Of a stretch of 6,025 nt of DNA, positions 3,559 to 6,025 are shown one piece after another; the stretch's first letter is position 1; the number at the start of each line of letters is the position of its first letter. Source of the DNA: a virus. The stretch covers positions 1 through 6,025 of IMG/VR virus record IMGVR_UViG_3300020030_000133; one strand, given 5' to 3'. Both the position numbers and the translations under genes were made by a program. The notes under the pieces are model-generated. The model ran no database searches. It was not told the origin of the DNA and was given only the letters and a program-made list of their open reading frames with translations.

Positions 3559-3985
3559 ACGATACGAGGAAGGGCGAGAGCCCTTCTTTTCAAATCCGGG
3601 CGAGAAACTGCGCAAACAGTACGTATGGGGCAAGGACGAAAAAGGCGAAAAAAAGCTGATTGAGACAGAGCCAATCGACATTCAGGCCGAAATCGAAAGC
3701 TATGCAGACGAATGCGACATCAAAAACATCGTCCGAAAAGCAAGCTTTGACCCTGAGTTTGCCAAAAGTCTAGCAGACAGCGCAAAAACGGATGAAGTTG
3801 TTGATATCACGGAATGGCCAACCAACATTCACGAGTATCACGCCATGATGGCAACAGCGCAAGCCAAGGCAATCGAACTGCAGAAGATGCAGGAGGAAAA
3901 GAAAGCAATCGAACAGCAGGAGACGCAGGAGGAAAATAAGGCAATCGAAACAAAGAAACAGGAGGAAAGCAATGAACAGAAATAA
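3551..3985 (+). CDS. VP3: Internal scaffolding protein VP3 (144 aa)
   Basis: The start is chosen at ATG 3551 (ggagg 3537..3541, 9-nt spacing; ATGAATAA overlap with the VP5 stop) rather than the track start 3398. IQAEIESYADECDIKNIV and DITEWPTNIHEYHAMMATAQ resemble conserved VP3 blocks. The C-terminus is acidic, Q/E/K-rich and repetitive. It overlaps the VP1 start by 14 nt. Confidence 0.8.
   Translation: MNKRYEEGREPFFSNPGEKLRKQYVWGKDEKGEKKLIETEPIDIQAEIESYADECDIKNIVRKASFDPEFAKSLADSAKTDEVVDITEWPTNIHEYHAMMATAQAKAIELQKMQEEKKAIEQQETQEENKAIETKKQEESNEQK
3869..3976 (+). repeat. Roughly 36-nt imperfect tandem repeat (three full copies plus a partial one) within the VP3 3' end and the VP1 start
   Basis: gcaatcgaa at 3869, 3905 and 3941 (period 36), then gcaatgaa at 3969. 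gcaggaggaaaa at 3889 and 3925, then acaggaggaaag at 3958. Encodes KAIELQKMQEEK / KAIEQQETQEEN / KAIETKKQEES. Confidence 0.85.
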
Positions 3986-5720
3986 TGAGCGACACTTCAA
4001 CAGTGTACCGCAGACACATGTAAGTCGAACGCGTTTCAAACGAGACCAGAACATTCTCACGACCTTCGATGCAGGAAAGCTCATTCCGTTTTACGTAGAT
4101 GAAGTTCTTCCGGGCGATACATTCAACGTGAGTACAGCGGCAATCATCCGAATGACTACACCGAAATATCCCGTTTTCGATGATGCATACATCGACTTTT
4201 ATTACTTCTTCTGTCCAAACAGGATCTTATGGGACAACTTCAAGCGTTTCATGGGAGAAGCAGACGATAGACCTTGGATGCCAACAATAACTTATGCAGT
4301 GCCAAAAATCAAAATCGCATCAAACGCAGAAACAGAAGGGCACGATAACCTGAAAGGGCCAAAAGAACAGAGCATTCTGGATTACATGGGAGTGCCGACA
4401 AAAATCAACGAAAAAGCAGGAGCCCAAGAGACGCTCATAAACGCACTGCCAATTCGAGCATATGTAAGAATTTGGAACGAGTTTTTCAGAGACCAGAACG
4501 TAGGAAATCCGGCGGCAGATTTTAAAGACGAAACATTGATACAGTATACGGACTTGAACGATGATAATGACGAAGAAGGAATTCTGAGAGATGCAGTGAG
4601 TGGTGCACGTTGTCTTCCGGTAAGTCGCTTCCACGACTATTTCTCATCCTGTTTGCCGTACCCTCAGCGTGGGCCGGAAGTGACAATCGCACTAACGGGA
4701 AATGCACCGTTAACAGCCTACAGCGAATCAGGACTGATCAACAAAAAAATAGGAACAGGATATTTCAACAACGAATATAACAGCGGAGTCGTAAATCACA
4801 CAAGCATCACATTCGGAAAATCAGGAACGAAATTCAACGTAAACCAAAACAACAACGGGAACAATGCACCGTTAACAGAAGGACAGTACATCCAGACAAT
4901 GAGCCAAGACGATGCAAACTTCCTTAACGCATGGTTAGGAACAGACCTAAGCAATATCGAAGCCGCAACCATCAACCAGCTGCGAAATGCTTTTGCAGTT
5001 CAGCACTATTACGAAGCACTGGCACGTGGCGGCAGTCGATACCGCGAACAGGTACGAGCACTGTTTGGCGTAACAATCAGCGACAAAACCGTTCAGGTGC
5101 CTGAGTATCTGGGTGGCGGACGCTATCACGTAAATATTAACCAGATCGTACAGACCAGCGGACAGCAGACCGAAAACGACACGCCAATCGGCGAAACGGG
5201 CGCAATGTCAGTAACTCCTATCAACGAAAGTTCCTTCACAAAGAGCTTTGAGGAGCACGGCTTTGTTATCGGTGTCATGTGTGTACGTCACAACCATAGT
5301 TACCAACAGGGCTTGGAACGGTTCTGGAGCCGTAGTGACAGACTAGACTACTATTTCCCGCAGTTTGCAAATTTAGGCGAACAGCCTGTCAAGAAAAAAG
5401 AAATCATGTTAACCGCAACGGCAGAAGACGACGAAACCTTCGGATACCAGGAAGCTTGGGCCGACTATCGCATGAAGCCAAACAGAGTAAGTGGTAAAAT
5501 GCGGAGCAATGCGGAAGGGAGACTCGACTTCTGGCACTATGCAGACAACTACGACACAGTGCCGACACTCAGTCAAGAGTGGATGAACGAGGGCAAAACA
5601 GAAATTGCAAGGACACTGATTGAACAGAACGAACCGCAATTTTTCGGAGCGATTCGAGTAATGAACAATACGACAAGATGCATGCCTCTCTACAGCGTAC
5701 CGGGGCTCGAGAAACTCTAA
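3972..5720 (+). CDS. VP1: Major capsid protein VP1 (Microviridae F-protein family)
   Basis: 582 aa. ggagg (3961..3965) lies 6 nt before the ATG. Hallmark blocks: FDAGKLIPFYVDEVLPGDTF, FFCPNRILWDNFKRFMGE, INQLRNAFAVQHYYEALARGGSRYREQVRALFGV and GFVIGVMCVRH. Confidence 0.97.
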   Translation: MNRNNERHFNSVPQTHVSRTRFKRDQNILTTFDAGKLIPFYVDEVLPGDTFNVSTAAIIRMTTPKYPVFDDAYIDFYYFFCPNRILWDNFKRFMGEADDRPWMPTITYAVPKIKIASNAETEGHDNLKGPKEQSILDYMGVPTKINEKAGAQETLINALPIRAYVRIWNEFFRDQNVGNPAADFKDETLIQYTDLNDDNDEEGILRDAVSGARCLPVSRFHDYFSSCLPYPQRGPEVTIALTGNAPLTAYSESGLINKKIGTGYFNNEYNSGVVNHTSITFGKSGTKFNVNQNNNGNNAPLTEGQYIQTMSQDDANFLNAWLGTDLSNIEAATINQLRNAFAVQHYYEALARGGSRYREQVRALFGVTISDKTVQVPEYLGGGRYHVNINQIVQTSGQQTENDTPIGETGAMSVTPINESSFTKSFEEHGFVIGVMCVRHNHSYQQGLERFWSRSDRLDYYFPQFANLGEQPVKKKEIMLTATAEDDETFGYQEAWADYRMKPNRVSGKMRSNAEGRLDFWHYADNYDTVPTLSQEWMNEGKTEIARTLIEQNEPQFFGAIRVMNNTTRCMPLYSVPGLEKL

Positions 5721-5747
5721 AAATAGTGCAAAATGACGAAAGGAGGA

Positions 5748-5773
5748 AGCCCGGAGAAATCCGGGCTATTTTA
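5748..5773 (+). terminator. Hairpin with GAAA tetraloop and short T-run between VP1 and VP2 (candidate partial terminator and/or RBS-bridging structure)
   Basis: agcccgga (5748..5755), gaaa, tccgggct (5760..5767): a perfect 8-bp stem followed by atttta. It starts 28 nt after the VP1 stop and ends 10 nt before the VP2 ATG. Confidence 0.55.
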
Positions 5774-5777
5774 GAAA

Positions 5778-6025
5778 ATGGCAGGATTAGGAGCAATGCT
5801 ATCAAGTGCTGGCACGTGGCTCGCAAGTCATCCAGAAATCGTAACGACAGGAATGTCACTGATAGGAAATGGCCTATCAAGCATGTTTGGACAGCATAGC
5901 CAGAACCAAAGCCAAGGTAGCAACATGAGCCAAAGCCAAGGCGGGGGACAGAGTACATCCACGAGCGTTGGCGGCACAAACGACAAGCAGATCATGGACT
6001 ACCTCAACAAATACTATCAATGGCA
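5778..6025 (+). CDS. VP2: DNA pilot / minor capsid protein VP2, 5' portion (runs off the window end; continues at position 122 of the first copy)
   Basis: ATG 5778 is the first start after the in-frame TAG at 5772..5774. Hand translation [61 protein letters not shown]... joins in frame to the 21..737 ORF through the terminal overlap. Confidence 0.85.
   Translation, partial: MAGLGAMLSSAGTWLASHPEIVTTGMSLIGNGLSSMFGQHSQNQSQGSNMSQSQGGGQSTSTSVGGTNDKQIMDYLNKYYQW
5905..6025. repeat. Right copy of the exact 121-nt terminal overlap (identical to 1..121)
   Basis: Same as for 1..121. Confidence 0.95.

Noticed and set aside
5678-5899. 73-aa + strand ORF overlapping the VP1 end, the intergenic hairpin and the VP2 start
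   Set aside because: It has no SD, runs through the terminator-like hairpin, sits in a different frame from both well-supported genes, and has a low-complexity basic product.

Overview
The window is a complete, circularly permuted genome of a small ssDNA phage of the family Microviridae, with gokushovirus-like gene content and order. Unit length is 5904 nt: bases 1..121 recur exactly at 5905..6025, and the VP2 reading frame runs unbroken across that junction. All credible genes are on the + strand and tightly packed. Most have strong Shine-Dalgarno (SD) sites and several have stop/start overlaps. In order: VP2 pilot/minor capsid protein (5778..wrap..737); VP4 HUH replication initiator (734..1753); an intrinsic terminator (1767..1808); a gene-free region of about 530 nt (1754..2285); a full-consensus sigma70-type promoter (2232..2260). 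The promoter drives an accessory cassette: a 59-aa ORF, an M15-type zinc peptidoglycan peptidase (2478..2861), and 34-aa and 73-aa helical ORFs. These are followed by a 39-aa J-like basic protein (3184..3303, too short for the ORF track), a VP5-like protein (3316..3558), VP3 scaffold (3551..3985) and VP1 major capsid (3972..5720). Points worth a second look: (1) the non-coding region holds eight same-orientation GTTGAA(A) iterons around a 12-bp perfect hairpin, plus alternating purine/pyrimidine tracts, a (TAG)5 microsatellite and a GC-rich nested stem-loop island, and is probably the cis-acting replication/regulation centre; (2) a cell-wall peptidase with no recognisable holin, signal peptide or amurin; (3) a split ribosome-binding site for VP2, bridged by a GAAA-tetraloop hairpin that also looks like an attenuating terminator; (4) a terminator-like hairpin inside the 5' end of the Rep gene; (5) a 36-nt tandem repeat at the VP3 C-terminus that repeats AGGAGG three times just before the capsid start codon. 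No homology search or folding calculation could be run. Family assignments rest on motifs recognised by eye and functional interpretations are hypotheses. All minus-strand ORFs in the track are judged spurious.
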